Shown piece by piece: positions 1 through 15,058 of a DNA stretch of 64,000 bases. Numbering within the stretch: the stretch's first letter is position 1; every line of letters begins with the position of its first letter. The notes beneath the pieces were generated by a model that had not been told where the DNA came from, ran no database searches, and worked only from the letters and a program-made list of their open reading frames with translations. The position numbers and the translations under genes are program-made. The DNA comes from Eledone cirrhosa (lineage: Eukaryota). The stretch lies in the NCBI GenBank assembly GCA_964016885.1, contig OZ024744.1, forward strand, positions 60,016,001 through 60,080,000, given 5' to 3'.

Positions 1-67
1 ATACTGTTAGCGGGACCACGCGGACTCTCCCCCTCCCCTTACACCAATCTCTGAGACCCTAAATACA

Positions 68-305
68 TTAAACCTTTTGCTACTAAAATTCTGAAATTAC
101 TCATGAACCCATATTTTAAAATGTTTGTATTCACTTAAAAACCTTCCATTCAACTCTATGTGAAACCTCTGTTAAGTTATGTTCCAAACAACTTAATAAT
201 GAGAAAGTTAGTTATACGGTATTATTACATCCCAGTCAAATTCTTCACTATTTTCAAAATTATAGGTAGTGTATTTCCTTTGACATAAGGTAACAAAGGG
301 GTTAA
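68..305. mobile_element. TTAA-flanked MITE (piggyBac-like, non-autonomous)
   Basis: ttaa-accttttgctac ... gtaacaaagggg-ttaa imperfect TIRs; internal sequence recurs at ~33040-33204, which ends gtaacgaaagggttaa. Confidence 0.5.
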
Positions 306-456
306 AGAGTCATCGTCACTGCCTTTCACTCCCTGGCTGAACGATACATTTTGAAAATGTCCATGAATTATAATCATACTTCTACGAAATTTAAAGAAAA
401 TATACAACCAAAAGTAAACAGAGTGCAAATATCTGCATGTTTCAAAGAGTCCTCAT

Positions 457-494
<38 letters not shown>

Positions 495-499
<5 letters not shown>

Positions 500-1878
500 A
501 ACGAGTAGGACCCCGACGGCTGAGCTCAAGCCGTTTCGACGGCTAATTCTGGACTAAATGAAAATTTTTATCCTGGTATTTGAATAGCCGAGCTTCTCAA
601 GGGGTAATTCCATATATGGTAAAAGTGATTGTCACAAGCATTGGTTAAAAGTTTGTTGTTGAGACATAATAATTCTATGATGGCAATTTGTGGAGGGAAG
701 GGGTAGCTGAACCTGCCAGTAGGAGAAAGCGGAAGAGGGGTGGAGGAGACCCAGCCATGCGTTGATAGTGCCGACTACAGCTGGGCATGAGGTCAGAGAG
801 GATACTAGGGAGGGGGAGGAAGTCGAAACAATAAGTAGAACAATATGGGGTAAATATATAGAAAAATACCGAGAGTGTTAAAAAGCAATTAAATGTAAAA
901 AAAATAAACAATTTCTGGTTACTACGACCTAAGTCTCTCACTGGTACTGCTAGACTAAAGAAAGGTTTACTAGGTGGGACGGAATTATAATGAGACCCTT
1001 TTAAGAGGTATAAGTAATAAACCGAGTATATCTTACGGTGACGGGTCAACAAGTGAGGGGCCAAAATACTAAAGAAACTACCACGAAATAATAAATAAAG
1101 GTTTGTACCCCAGGCACAAGGCCAGCAACCACCTAGTGCAAAAAAGTAAACTAATACGAAATAATAATTCAGAGTCCCGAAAAAGAATACTAATACTATC
1201 TCTAAGGGTGCCGCCACGATACAAAAGTTCTAGTGCAAGCTACATAAAAGCTCGTACGAAGTAAATGTAAAATTTGATACGGAAAATTAATTCAGAATCC
1301 CCCCCCCCCCCCAAACAAAATACTGATATACGAGAAATTAAAGCAAAGATATTACTAAGAAATATAGAAAGCACGGAAAAAGGGCAGCGGTCGGATAAGA
1401 GGGCAAGTATCCGGGGTCTAACACATCTGCTATGAAAGCGGAGTCGGCCAAATCTATCATAGAATAGGGGAAGGGGGTGAGGGTACTGAGGCTACAAAGG
1501 ACCGAGGGGCTGCCTCGGGTGGGCGAGAAAAAGACGACGACAAAGAAAGAGAACTGGGGTGGAAGGACTAGGGAGGGATGGGAGGAAGAAGGAAATATAG
1601 AGGAAGCGAATTGCTATCATAGAATTATTATGTCTCAACAACAAACTTTTGACCAATCCTTGTGACAATCACTTTTACCATATATGGAATTACCCCTTGA
1701 GAAGCTCGGCTATTCAAATATCAGGATAAAAATGTTCATTTAGTCCAGAATTAGCCGTCCAAACGGCTTGAGCTCAGCCGTTGGGGTCCTACTCGTTCCT
1801 ATTACCAACTCTACTACCCTAAGTATTGAGTACTCTGGTGCGTTATGGTTCATCTGGTTCCTTACCACATTTCCTCCG

Positions 1879-1880
<2 letters not shown>
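495..1880. mobile_element. Non-coding Penelope/retrozyme-like element with ~195-bp inverted terminal repeats, in (TA)n
   Basis: 495-688 is the reverse complement of ~1609-1802; each arm carries a hammerhead motif; family fragments recur at ~16145, 17455-17680, 35465-35545, 39800-39955 and 51848-51928. Confidence 0.65.
511..604 (-). ncRNA. Type I hammerhead ribozyme, U3-A8 core variant
   Basis: minus strand: cccc-TTGAGAA-gctcggctattc...gaattagccgtc-GAAA-cggct-tgagctc-agccg-TC-gggg; helices I-III pair; GUC site. Confidence 0.7.
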
Positions 1881-1936
<56 letters not shown>

Positions 1937-2003
1937 CGACCAAAAGTTAAACAAGACTGGAATTGAACCATCAGCACAGTTGAGGTATGTCACACATCAA
2001 TTT

Positions 2004-2075
2004 ATGTATTTTATCTGATGAGGTCGAACTGAAAAAACAGCACAGTACCTCTGAAATATATATAATAAAATATAT
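2004..2075 (+). ncRNA. Minimal type I hammerhead ribozyme motif
   Basis: atgtattttat-CTGATGA-ggt...acctct-GAAA-tatata-TA-ataaaatatat; long helix I, palindromic helix III. Confidence 0.7.
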
Positions 2076-2115
2076 TTTGATTACGTTGAATGTCTATATT
2101 TATTAATATTTTGAA

Positions 2116-2228
<113 letters not shown>

Positions 2229-3231
2229 GGTAAACAGAAATAACAACACAAGCGGTACAGTATATGGAAGGAATATATTAGGTTAACGCTTGATATATAT
2301 ATATCCTCATCTTTATATATATATATAACCTGATCTTTATATATATATATATTTATTAAAATAACAGATTATTATTATTATTATTAATATATATATACAT
2401 ATATATATATATATACATTTGTATTTTATGTACTTCAATTATATATATATATATATATTTGTATTTTATGTACTTCAATTATACTATGTACTGTATTTAT
2501 ATATACTTCTTTCTCTATATGTGTGTATATATATGTGTATGCGTGTATTGATATACATGTACATATGTTTTATGCGTGTATGTCTATCTGTATGTATATA
2601 TATACGTGATGCGTATCTACCTGTTTGTGTGGGTACATATATGTATGTATATGTGTGAATTGTGTATGTATATATATATATATACGCATACAATTCGATT
2701 GCACTTATTTATAGAGATTATCCCAAGGTTCGTGACAAATAGACATATAATAACAGTCATAACTACATAACAGGTAATCTTATAAAACTTATATAAAAAA
2801 TTTGTTTAATAACATAAAGTGTGTATAACATAAAATTTCCTTTAATAGCTTAACAATATTTTAACTGATTAACTAAACATCTAATCATATTTAAACAATG
2901 GTTAAATTTCTCATATTATATATGTATATTCCATTCATGATTATTAACATTTCTAATTTTATTTATTCACTTCATCTCAAATGTTAAGATAACTCAACAA
3001 GATATGACTTGGAGTTTTAGTTCGCTCTCCTTTCTCTGTCTCCTCTCTCTCTCTCTATCTTTTTCTCTCTGTTGTTCTGCTCTTTCTCTCTCTTTCTCTT
3101 TCTCCGTAACCCAACGGCTTATTTAAAAATATCCAATACTAACTTACCTAATAATATAATTAAAGTTATAACTCCACTATCCGGGAGCTTCCAACAGTAA
3201 TGGTTGCATTCTTTATTTATAAAACTGCTCT

Positions 3232-3306
3232 ATATTATATTTTATGTGATGAAAGCACACCATAATTAACTTGGTGTCCTTGAAATATGTATAATGAAAT
3301 AAATAT
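3232..3306 (+). ncRNA. Degenerate hammerhead motif (C3G) at the end of a Penelope-like 3' region
   Basis: ttttat-GTGATGA-aagcacacc..ggtgtcctt-GAAA-tatgta-TA-atgaaa; homologous to 28294-28353. Confidence 0.55.
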
Positions 3307-3332
3307 GGTGTTATAAATATAGTTTCCATTTG

Positions 3333-3363
<31 letters not shown>

Positions 3364-3453
3364 AAGACGAGGACTTTTTGAAACATGCAGATATTTGCAC
3401 TCTGTTTACTTTTGGCTATATATTTTCTTTATATAGCCAAAAGTATATATTTT

Positions 3454-3545
<92 letters not shown>

Positions 3546-3858
3546 TAGCAGTTTAGCCCGGCGTTGCTCGGGTTTGTTCATTTGCTATGAAAAGTTACAT
3601 ACAGGTAAACGTGGTTTGAAAGCGAATAAGCTTATCAATTAAGTGCATAAAGCAGTTGAACCGGTTATTAAAAGTTACGAACCAATTAGCATTTTGGACA
3701 ATCAATGATGGGTTAATAATCTTCCAATAGCGAATTTAGTAGACCAAAGTTGCAAGATGGTGGCCCTGATGCCGCTGGGTGTCAGATCTGTCCGCCATGG
3801 GTGACCCTACCGGGAAATAGTCTTCCAGACGGCATAGCTCCAACACCTGCACCAACAT

Positions 3859-5135
3859 CTATAGCACCTCTTTGTAGACGATATTGCGTGTCATCCATTG
3901 AAGAGTGTAAGCAAAAAGTCCATTCCTGCTCCCTGCGCGGGAACAGGCAACATAAAGTTGGCCATCGGAGAAGCATGGCTCCCCCAAATGGATTCCCGCC
4001 ACCGACAATGTTTTCCCTTGTGACTTGTTAATGGACATGGCAAAACATGGTCTCACGGGGAATTGGGATCACCGGAAATCGAACGGGATATCTGACGCCG
4101 GGGGGAAAAGGTTCATCCTTGGAATGAAAACATTCTCCCCTCTTCCGCACCCCGTTACAATGGTGGCCTCAATCAAGTGGGGTGTCAGTGACTTGACGAC
4201 CATGCGAGTACCGTTGCACTGCTTTGGTGGACGCAAGTTCCTTATTAACATAATGGGACAGCCAACCCTAAGCTTAATAATGTGAGGTGGGAGCCCTGGG
4301 GGCTCAAGGAGATTTAATAACTCAACCGGATAATTAACGATATCGTCGGGGTCTGACGTCCGGTCGATAGATTTGAAGATGTGCTCTTTACCGGGAATCT
4401 TCTCAATCAGCTGCTCGTTAATAAAATTAACCATGGTATTTCTCGGAGCAAGGATGGCTCTTTCGCTGAGTCAATCGAGGTTTTTAAAGTTAGATGAGAC
4501 ATTAGGAAAAACTGCTTCCCAAAGGTCAGAAGGGCTGCTCACAATGTTGCACAGGGAGTCGATTGCTATGCCGCCCTTGTCATCCGCAGGGACCTTGCCC
4601 TCACCAAGTGCTAAAATGTTCTGAGCAAATGCTGCAGACATGTTGTCACCATGCAAATGAGCACGCATATCAGGTACAAACTCTTCACTTGGAGCCACAA
4701 CATGGACGACTTAAGGCAGGCATGCACTTCATCAGCTCTTGTCCCTTTGGGGATGACAGGCAGCGTTTTCCGAAAATCCCCTGATAGCAGAAGGGTTACG
4801 CCACCCATAGGAGCCGTAGAATCCCTAATGTCTTTCAGGCTCCCGTCCAATGCCTCAAGGGCACCCTTGTGTGCCATTGTGCACTCATCCCAAACAATGA
4901 GGCAACATCTTTTGAGAACCAGAGCTTTGTGTGAACTCTTGCTGATATTGCATGTTGGTGTCTCAGTTTTTACTAAATCCAAAGGGAGTTTAAAGGTTGA
5001 ATGTGCTGTCCTGCCTCCTGGCAGCAAAGTAGCAGCGATCCCGGACGATGCAACGGACAACGCAACTTTTTTCTCCTGACGAATCTTAGCGAGAATCAAT
5101 TTCGTTACAAAAGTTTTTTCCGATACCCCCAGGAG
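3859..5135 (-). pseudogene. Helitron Pif1-family helicase, frameshifted
   Basis: Walker A remnant APGG.GK-TF, VASSGIAATLLPGGRTAHS, IVWDECTM, SGDFRKTLPVI, LIRNLRPPKQCNGTR, AMSINKSQGKTL, GQLYVACSR. Confidence 0.93.
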
Positions 5136-5690
5136 CGTTTTTTATTGGGGGGTTATGGGGGGGTCCGTTTTTTATTTGGAGGGAGTGTGTTTTTTATTTG
5201 GAATCCGTTTTTTGGGGGGGATCCGTTTTTTATGGGGGTGCCTTTTTTAATGGGGGAAGGGGGGTTATGAGGGGAGTCCGTTTTTTATTGGGGGGATCCT
5301 TTTTTTATTTGGGGCGTCCGTTTTTTATGGGGGTTTATTTGGAATCCGTTTTTTATTTGGGGGGGTGTCCGTTTTTTATGGGGGTGGGGCGTATTTTTAT
5401 TGGTGAGGGTCCGTTTTTTATTTGGGGGTCCGGTTTTTATTGGGATGGGGTCCGTTTTTTATTTGGGGGATCCGTTTTTATGGGGGGGGGTATTTTCGGG
5501 GATGGGGGGGGGGCGTTTTTTATTGGGGTCCGTTTTTTATTTGGGAGGATCCGTTTTTTATTGGGGTGGACTCGGTTTTTTATTAGGGGGATCCGTTTTT
5601 TATTTGGGGGTGGGAGTGGGGGGTCCATTTTTATTGGGGGGGTCTGTTTTTATTTGGGGGGTCCGTTTTTTATTGGGGGTGGGGGATCAC
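5135..5690. repeat. G-rich ~19-21 bp minisatellite (gggggtccgttttttattt) inside the Helitron
   Basis: Many degenerate tandem copies between the Rep-linker and helicase coding parts. Confidence 0.9.
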
Positions 5691-6869
5691 CCAATTCACA
5701 CTTTTGAAGCAAAATGGCAAAGAGTTCCCGTAGACCTTTAGGTGATTTCAACAAAGCACCCTCTGCTAAAGTGGAATCCCATTGCGAATCATCTTCCAAA
5801 AGACCTCGCTTAAAGCAGGCTTCCCGGTACCTATCACATATTTCTCCATCAACAGTTTTGAGGTCCTGAAAACTTTGTGGGCCTACAACTTCATGCAGAA
5901 GAAAGCGGAGATGAAAGCACTCATGCTGACTTGGGGGCACAGTGTAAACCCTTCCAGGACAGCTGTCAAATTTTACATTCAACAGCCTGACCTGACTTCT
6001 TCGCACCCAAGTGTTTTTCGACCATATAAAGTAGCATGGACCCTGGGGGTACACAATTGTTTGCGCAAATGTATCGAACTGGTAAAGTTTGAAGAAACCT
6101 GTCAGAGTGGTCTCTTTCGGATCGGCGGCCAACTTGGTGGCGGTTTGGTCCGTAAAGTAAACCCTTTGCCTATTTTCCGAATGTACCGCAAGCTGTACGA
6201 TGGTGGGGTGCCGTTGGTGTAGGGGTAAACCAAATAGGCGCCAAAAAGCTTCATTGCTACTGACGTACCGCCCCGCCAAGTATTCTGTGACCTCGTCCCT
6301 GCTATTTTCAGCTTGAAATGCGAACATTGCGGCATCAGAGTCCTTATTTACATATTTGCATATGTATTTTATCAACTTGACGGAGTTGCAAAACTCAACG
6401 TTGATGTGGGCGTTGAACATCTTCAAGTGAAGCGCGCAGTAAGGGATTGTCGACTTGACCTCCCTTTACTGTTGTGGTGAACTCACCGTTCTCGTGTCGT
6501 ATCCGCCTGTACAGGGGGTACCCGTCACCACCAGTTTGAGTCTGGTCAACAAATTCTGACCATGTTAGCTTTGACGATGTCTTGTAATTCCTGGTCAGTT
6601 GCTGGGTTAGGGATTTTAGTCGAAATAAAGCTGTCTATGGCATTTGAATTGATTTTATCAGCTAACCAAATCAAAATGTGAGCATGTGGCAGCCGTCGTT
6701 TTTGCCATTCGACGGTGAACATGTCACATTTTACAGCCCCAAATACCTGACCCTTTTTGATTAAAGCCATGAGTTTAACCAGTTTCAGTCTGAACACTCT
6801 GGCAATGAGGTCATGTCTGTTCGAATAATTTTGCCCAGGAAAAAGTTCACGGGTTACATTCCGATTCAT
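5690..6869 (-). pseudogene. Helitron Rep (HUH endonuclease) region, disrupted
   Basis: VEWQKRRLPHAHILIW (HUH motif), HINVEFCNSVKLIKYICKYVNK (Y2 motif), GRYVSSNEAFWR. Confidence 0.92.
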
Positions 6870-7552
6870 ATGTCTATAGCATTAATCTGTTATATGAAGT
6901 GTTATTTTGCGGGTTGTTATTTGCAATAAGCCGATTGAAAATGCCCCAGATAAGCCGTATGCCAATACGGAACGCTCAATATGGAACGCTCAATACGGAA
7001 CGCTCCACTGCAGTGTTGTCATATAGGGAGTGAAGAGAGACAGAGAGAGTAAAGCAGTTAAATTATAGAGAGGTCGTTATTGTTACGTTTGTTGTTTTAT
7101 AAATTCATCTGTTGCTTTTGAATATTTATTTAATGTAAAATGTAAGTGTGTACCTAAACTGTAATGGAGACGGAGGCAGTAACCTTTTAAAGAGAGTTGC
7201 AGAGCGGATTGAGGGTAGTGAGAGGAATGAAGCGTGTAAGAGAGAGGGTTATCAAAGTGTGTCGCGTTCCTTCAGAGACGGAGGCAGTAACCTTTTAAAG
7301 AGAGTTGCGGAGGAGATTGAGGGTAGTGAGAGGAATGAAGCGTGTAAGAGAGAGGGTTACAGCATGTATTTAGTTTTATCGATTGTTTTTCATAGAAGCA
7401 GAAAATGTTTGGCAAAAGTAATTACGCGTTGCCCTGCCCTGGTAAATTTTGGGCACATTGGAAAATAAATCTTCAAAATCGGTAGTGAAATGTGGAAATG
7501 CATAAAAATCACACACACACACAGACCGACATCTACCGTTTTATATATATAG

Positions 7553-8934
<1,382 letters not shown>

Positions 8935-8995
8935 AATATAAAATATATAAATTCAAAATATATATAATTTCAAAATATAAAATATATGGCTGGGC

Positions 8996-10198
8996 TTGAT
9001 TGACGGCCACCCAGCTCTCTTTCTGCTGAGGAACTGCTTCGCCATGCCGAAGCTCCTCCATACACTCCGCAGCGCTCCATGCTACACCCAGACATCTCTC
9101 CTCGCTGACCTTGATACTTGTATCCGAGCAGCAGCCGAGGAGATATGCAACGTCAAGTTTGACGACATCGGGTGGCAACAGGCCACTTTACCTGTCAGAT
9201 ATGGCGGTCTTGACCTGCGGTCCCCGATCTCACTAGCGGTGCCGGCGGTTCTTTCGTCGGTAACCTCGTTCCGCGTCCTTGTCAGCAGGGTTCTTCAAAA
9301 CACAACAGAACCCTCTGTGTTCAGAGAACGTGAGGCCACCTGTGAGACGTGGGACCGGCTGGGACTTAGCCCAGTAGACGTCCCTCTTCCTTCTCCCCCT
9401 GTTGACGTCAAGTCCCCCCAAAGTACTTGGGATGCCATCCAGTGCAGCCTGGTCTCAGACAGGTTCACATGCCAGCTCGACCAGCACCGCCTTGCCTGTT
9501 TTCGTACGGCCTCCAAACCCCACAGTGGTGCCTGGCTCCATGCCCTGCCCTCCTTCTCCACTGGCACGCAGCTAGACAACTATAGCCTGCGAATCGGCGT
9601 TTCCCTGATGCTCGGCCTCCGGATCTGTGAGCCACACCAATGTCGCTGCTGTTCCACCCTGGACTCTTTCGGCCTCCACCCGATTTCCTGTCGCCACAGT
9701 GCCGGCCGCATTCCACGCCATACTGACCTCAACGAGGTCATTAAGCATTGCTTGGACGCTGCAGACTTCCCTTCCCAGCTCGAGCCGGTGGGACTGGATC
9801 GAGGGGACGGTAAAAGGCCAGATGGCATGACCATCTTCCCGATCCTCATCTGGGATGCCACTTGCACCGACACTTTCTGCAGCCGCATCTTGGTGCAGTC
9901 TGCGACTGACCCAGGTTCTGCTGCACGTCGAGCTGAGGGGGCCAAACTCCTCAAATACCGGTCACTCTCCGACAGGTTTGCGGTCGTTCCCCTGGCAGTG
10001 GAGAATTCTGGTGTCCTCGGCCCCAGGGCTACCTCCTTACTCACCACCATAGGCGCTGAGCTGGCCAGCCGCAGGTGTGAGCCCTGCGAGTTGGAGTGGC
10101 ATTTCCAGCGCGTCTCCCTTGCCGTCCTCCAGGGAAACGCCTTCTCCATTCTATCCGCCGGGGCTGTGGGTGGGCCCCATCGCGTACAAATACATTAG
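8996..10198 (+). mobile_element. CRE-clade non-LTR retrotransposon 3' part (zinc knuckle + restriction-like endonuclease), 5' truncated
   Basis: HSGAWLHALP, CRC..D.FGLHPISC, RHTDLNEVI, DGKRPDGMT, LIWDATC, PLAVENSG. Confidence 0.85.
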
Positions 10199-10459
10199 TT
10201 AAATGCCATTCTTTCATCTGATACAACACAATAAAGACTAAAGTGTTTGAACTATGAATGATACATAAACTTTAACATATAAATACAGCGTTGTTATATG
10301 ACATTCATAAAGAAATGTACTAAGTAACAGTTTTTTTTTTGTTTTTGTTTTTTTTTGTTCTCGATTCAAACGATTCAAGAACAACGATTAAAACACAGTT
10401 GTAGAATTAAAAACTAACTGAAAAGAAATATTACCCAAGCTGTGAATAACTTTAAATTT

Positions 10460-13400
10460 GATTCTGACAGAACTTTGTCGAAACTTTTAAAGAAGATCAT
10501 CGACTATTTTGAAAAATAAATACAAAATATTAGTGAATAGACGAACTCATTATGGCAAAACGTACAAGTCTCCTTCGACCAAATCGCAACTACAACCGTT
10601 GTATACGAGCTTAACAAAGAATCTGAACCCCAAAAGTTCGGTTTACTTTATGGAACTCCAAACATCCAGAATTAGACTTTTCTCCAAAGCATTTAAATGA
10701 ACAGGCAAAACGTATCATTAGATGTAAATTGATACATCTAACGGAATTGAGTGATACTACAAATACAGTCCATGTAGACAACCACCCCACCTCCACTGAG
10801 AGACAAAGAGAATGGCCAGCTAAATCTAACAGTGAACAGCTCACCAACAACTTTGCTGAAATCCATACCACTTCCACTAAAGAACAGCGAGAAAGGTCAG
10901 CTAACTCTAGTAGTAATTGTCACCACATCAACAACGAGGCTGAAATTCATAACTCTACTGTACAAACAGAACACCAAAAACTTGTGGACACCTTACAAGT
11001 GATATGGGACGATATGTTTCAAGAGATACACAGCCTTAACGTGAGTGGCAGACCATACAACACCAGAATCAGTAAAGAACCCACTAAATTGGAATTGGAA
11101 GTGGTGAACGAAATAGCTGACAATTATCTGAAGGCTATACGATCTAAAAGTGTAGAAACGACATTTGAAACGCTTAACATTTTGTTATATGTTTCAGCTG
11201 TCACATTGCTAACATATAAAAAAACATCTAAAACCACGCAATCAAGATACAAACATAAACCCTGAACCAGCATGGATGCGAAATTTAAAAAGCAAAATTT
11301 TGTCCCTGAGACGAAGTATCTCACATATCGCAGTCGTTATGAAATGCAATATAGAGAGCAAATTCACAAGACACCAGGAAGACCTAAAAAAATATTAGCG
11401 AGACGATTTGGAGATACAAAATTTAAAACTTTAAACTCCAAATTACACCAGTTGAAACAACTCACAGCTACAACAGAAATACTAAAATATAAGTCAACAG
11501 CACATAAACGACAAGTGCTAAATAGATTGTTTGCCAGAGATCCTAAATCAGTTTATCGCAGCTTCGGTGGCAAAATCTCAATCTCTGTAAATTACACCCC
11601 TTCAAAAGAACAGGTTGAGAGCTACTGGAGATCTGTATGGGAAACGGATGACGGATTCAACAGACAAACTTAATGGCTAAAAGAATTGAAACAGGACTAC
11701 TGCCAACATGTCCAGACAAAACAATATGACATAGATGGGTCAATACTGGAAACAGCTCTACAGAAAATGTCGAATAGGAAATCACCAGGCCCAGACCTCA
11801 TTACAGGATACTGGTTGAAGAATTTCAGTTTCTATCGGCAAGATCTCATACGGCTGTTTACAGAAACCATTAAAGGCACACAAGAACTGCCCAGATATTT
11901 ATCAACTGCCACTACTCTCCTCATTCCCCCAAATAGCCAAACCACCCTTGCTAAATATTACCGCCCAATAGCCTGCCAAAACATCATGTATAAATTATAT
12001 ACTGGGTGCCTTAACCTGTTCTTACAGGATCACTGTGCTACCAAAAACATCATAACACCTGAGCAAGCTGGTGGAAAGAGGAAGGTGCGGGGTTGCATAG
12101 ATCACCTACTAACTAATAAAATGATTCAAGAAAAAACAACAAAGAATCGCAGAAACATGACTGTGATGTGGCTGGACTATCAAAAAGCATTTGATAGTGT
12201 ACCTCATGGGTGGATTGTTAAGGCTTTACAGTTAGCCAAAGTCCCACAACCACTGGTAGCTGCTGTTGAACGTCTGACCAAGAACTGGCACACCAATTTG
12301 ATCCTTAGAGGTGAGAAAGAGCAAGTTAAGACTGATAAGATACATTACCAGAAGGGCATCTTTCAGGGTGATAGCTTGTCAGTGCTACTCTTCGTTCTCT
12401 CACTAAATCCACTATCTTACCTACTCAGGAAACAAGGTGGACAAAGAAGTGGGTCCAGAAATATCTCCCATCTTTTCTTTGTTGATGACCTGAATTGTAT
12501 GGGCCAAATATCAATGACATCAAGAAACAATTGGACCTCATTACACAATTTTCAACAGACATCAAATGAAATTTGGTGAGTCAAAGTGTGCATATTTGGC
12601 AGTAAAACGTGGAAGAGCTGTGCCCTCCTCTAGAAATCTAGAGATGAACGGCCTGACAATACAACCTCTACAGTCAGGTGACAACTACAGATATCTTGGA
12701 CAGGATGAGAATGTCAGATATGATGGACCCATAGATAAGGAGAGAACCAGAACTGAATACCTCAGAAGAGTAAAGAAAATATGGTCATCAGAACTGTCAG
12801 CGTACAACAAATACATTGCCCACAATACTTATGCTGTGCCAATTCTAACGCCAACATTTGGCCTGCTGAACTGGTCATTGCAAGAACTAAGTGAGATGGA
12901 TGTTAGAACTCGCAAACTTCTCAGTGTTACTGGGAACTTTAATATCAATGGGTGATGTGGATAGGCTATACTTCTCACGCAAGGAAGGTGGCCGGGGTCT
13001 AAAATCCATATTAACATCATATGAGACCCGGATAGTAACACTGAAGCAACATCTTCAACAGAGGAAAAAGGTTGGCAACCATCTTTTTCAGGTTTATGAG
13101 CATGAAAAAAAAAAAATCATTAGGATAGCCACTGATCTGGAGGAGAGATATGGAATAAAGCCTGATATAAATCTCTCACCCAGAGAAATCGGAAGATCCT
13201 ATTCAATGTTCAAACAAGATGAAAAAATTGACCAATTTACAGAAAAAGTTGTGCATGGATACTTGAGACGTAAAACACAGACCATAGAGGGGATAAACCA
13301 CTCAAAAAGCCTGGCATGGAGTTCCGACAAGTTTATGACATCACACCTTGAGGGATATCTCTATGTAATACAGGAACAAGAACTCCCTACCAAATATCTG

Positions 13401-14085
13401 CTGCACAAAAGAGGAGGGCCAGCAGCTGACAATAAATGTAGGCTATGTAAAACAAAGATCGAGGATGTAAGCCACATTGTTGCCAGCTGCGAAAGAATGT
13501 CATCTCGCTACTACCTCCCCATGAGACACGATGGGATAGCTAGAACCATCTGGAACGAACTTCGGAAAACAAAATTAACAACAAACGAGGATGATATATT
13601 GAGACAGATGGCACTAAGGAATACTGGTGGAACCTGAAAATAAAAACTGCCACCAAATTAAAGCACAACCGGCCTGATATTGTTGTTTGGGACCTCACAT
13701 TGAAAACGTGTTCTGTTGTGAAGATCAGCTGCCCACTTGATGTAAATGTTGTCAGAAAAATACAGGAGAAGGAGGACATCTACGGACCATTGATGAGGAG
13801 TTTACCAATCCAGTATCGAAGATACACATTTAGCTTCATACCCATCATTATTGGAGCTACGGGTTATATACCAACCCGCTTGGACCAAAGTATGACTGAA
13901 CTTGGATTTGCGGACAAAAAGCGCAGCTCCCTAATTCATAGAGTACAAATGGCTGCCATAGCTGGCACCTTCAAAATTTGCAAAACATTCTTGCGATTCA
14001 AGGGATGACAATTTCTTTTCTTTTACAACCTTGCCACCATGGAGGTGGCCGGTCAAAAAAATATACTCGAAATTAAGAGAAAGAG
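10460..14085 (+). mobile_element. R4/Dong-clade non-LTR retrotransposon (RT + RLE), frameshifted
   Basis: [42 protein letters not shown]...HIVASC, RHD, HNRPDIVVW; ORF ends 14008; followed by (ACAT)n. Confidence 0.9.
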
Positions 14086-14479
14086 ATAACAGACAAGCAT
14101 ACATACATATATATATATATACATACACACATACATACATATATATATATATATATACATACACACATACATACATACACACAGACAGGCAGACAGACAG
14201 ACACACATACATACATACATACATACATACATACATACATACATACATACATACATACATACATACATACATACATACATACATACCTCATACATACACA
14301 CGCACATACTTACATACATACATACACACAAACATAAGACATACATATATACACACAAACATAAGACATACATACATACACACATAAAGTCATCGTGCAG
14401 CTCTTGTCATTGATGTAAACCCGATTCTAGCGATGGCGCTAGAATTAGACGCCAGCTTCTTCTTTATAGGAAGGGTTCA

Positions 14480-14660
14480 AGTAGAGCACAAGTTTGGGTG
14501 AAAGGTCCAATCTATTAAAATCAACCCCAATATGTGACTGATACTTTATTTTATCGGCCCCTGGAAGGGTGGAAGACAAAGTTGATCTCAGAATGTAAAG
14601 AGTTGTAACTAAATAACGCAACACATTTTGTCCGACACTCTAACATTTCTACTTATCAAA
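14480..14660 (-). mobile_element. Diverged tRNA-derived SINE
   Basis: Similar to the SINE family at 22370 (ataaaataaagtatcagt domain). Confidence 0.45.
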
Positions 14661-14666
14661 CCCGAA

Positions 14667-15058
14667 TAGGCTATGTAGCCGGTAAACCCTAAAGGTACGC
14701 AACACACATATCGCTATAGTGTTTCATCAGCCTCTTCCTTCCTCAATCATTCATAGATGTGTGTGTATGTAATAATTATTTTGTATAATGTGTCTATTTA
14801 TGAATATGTATGAGTAGATGTGTGTGTGTGAGTGTGTGTGGCTTTGCACTTCTGTTTTCTGTATCTGTTTATGTATTTACGTGTAGATGTATGTGTGTAT
14901 GTGTAACTAAAGTGTAACGTACGTTACAAATGGACGACTAAATGATTTTAACTTGTTTTTTAACAATTGATGGTGGAAAAAATTTCAAATTGTCTAAACT
15001 CAGACCGTAAAAGGCTGCAACACATGGTGCCTTACACTCTTACCGGCTACATAGCCTG
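14667..15058. mobile_element. Possible MITE with 17-bp TIR
   Basis: aggctatgtagccggta (14668-14684) inverted at 15041-15057; no clear TSD. Confidence 0.4.

Noticed and set aside
5001-5741. Gly/Phe-rich ORFs
   Set aside because: Products of the G-rich minisatellite
6960-7360. Short direct repeats resembling a CRISPR array
   Set aside because: No unique spacers or cas genes; Helitron subterminal tandem repeats in eukaryotic DNA
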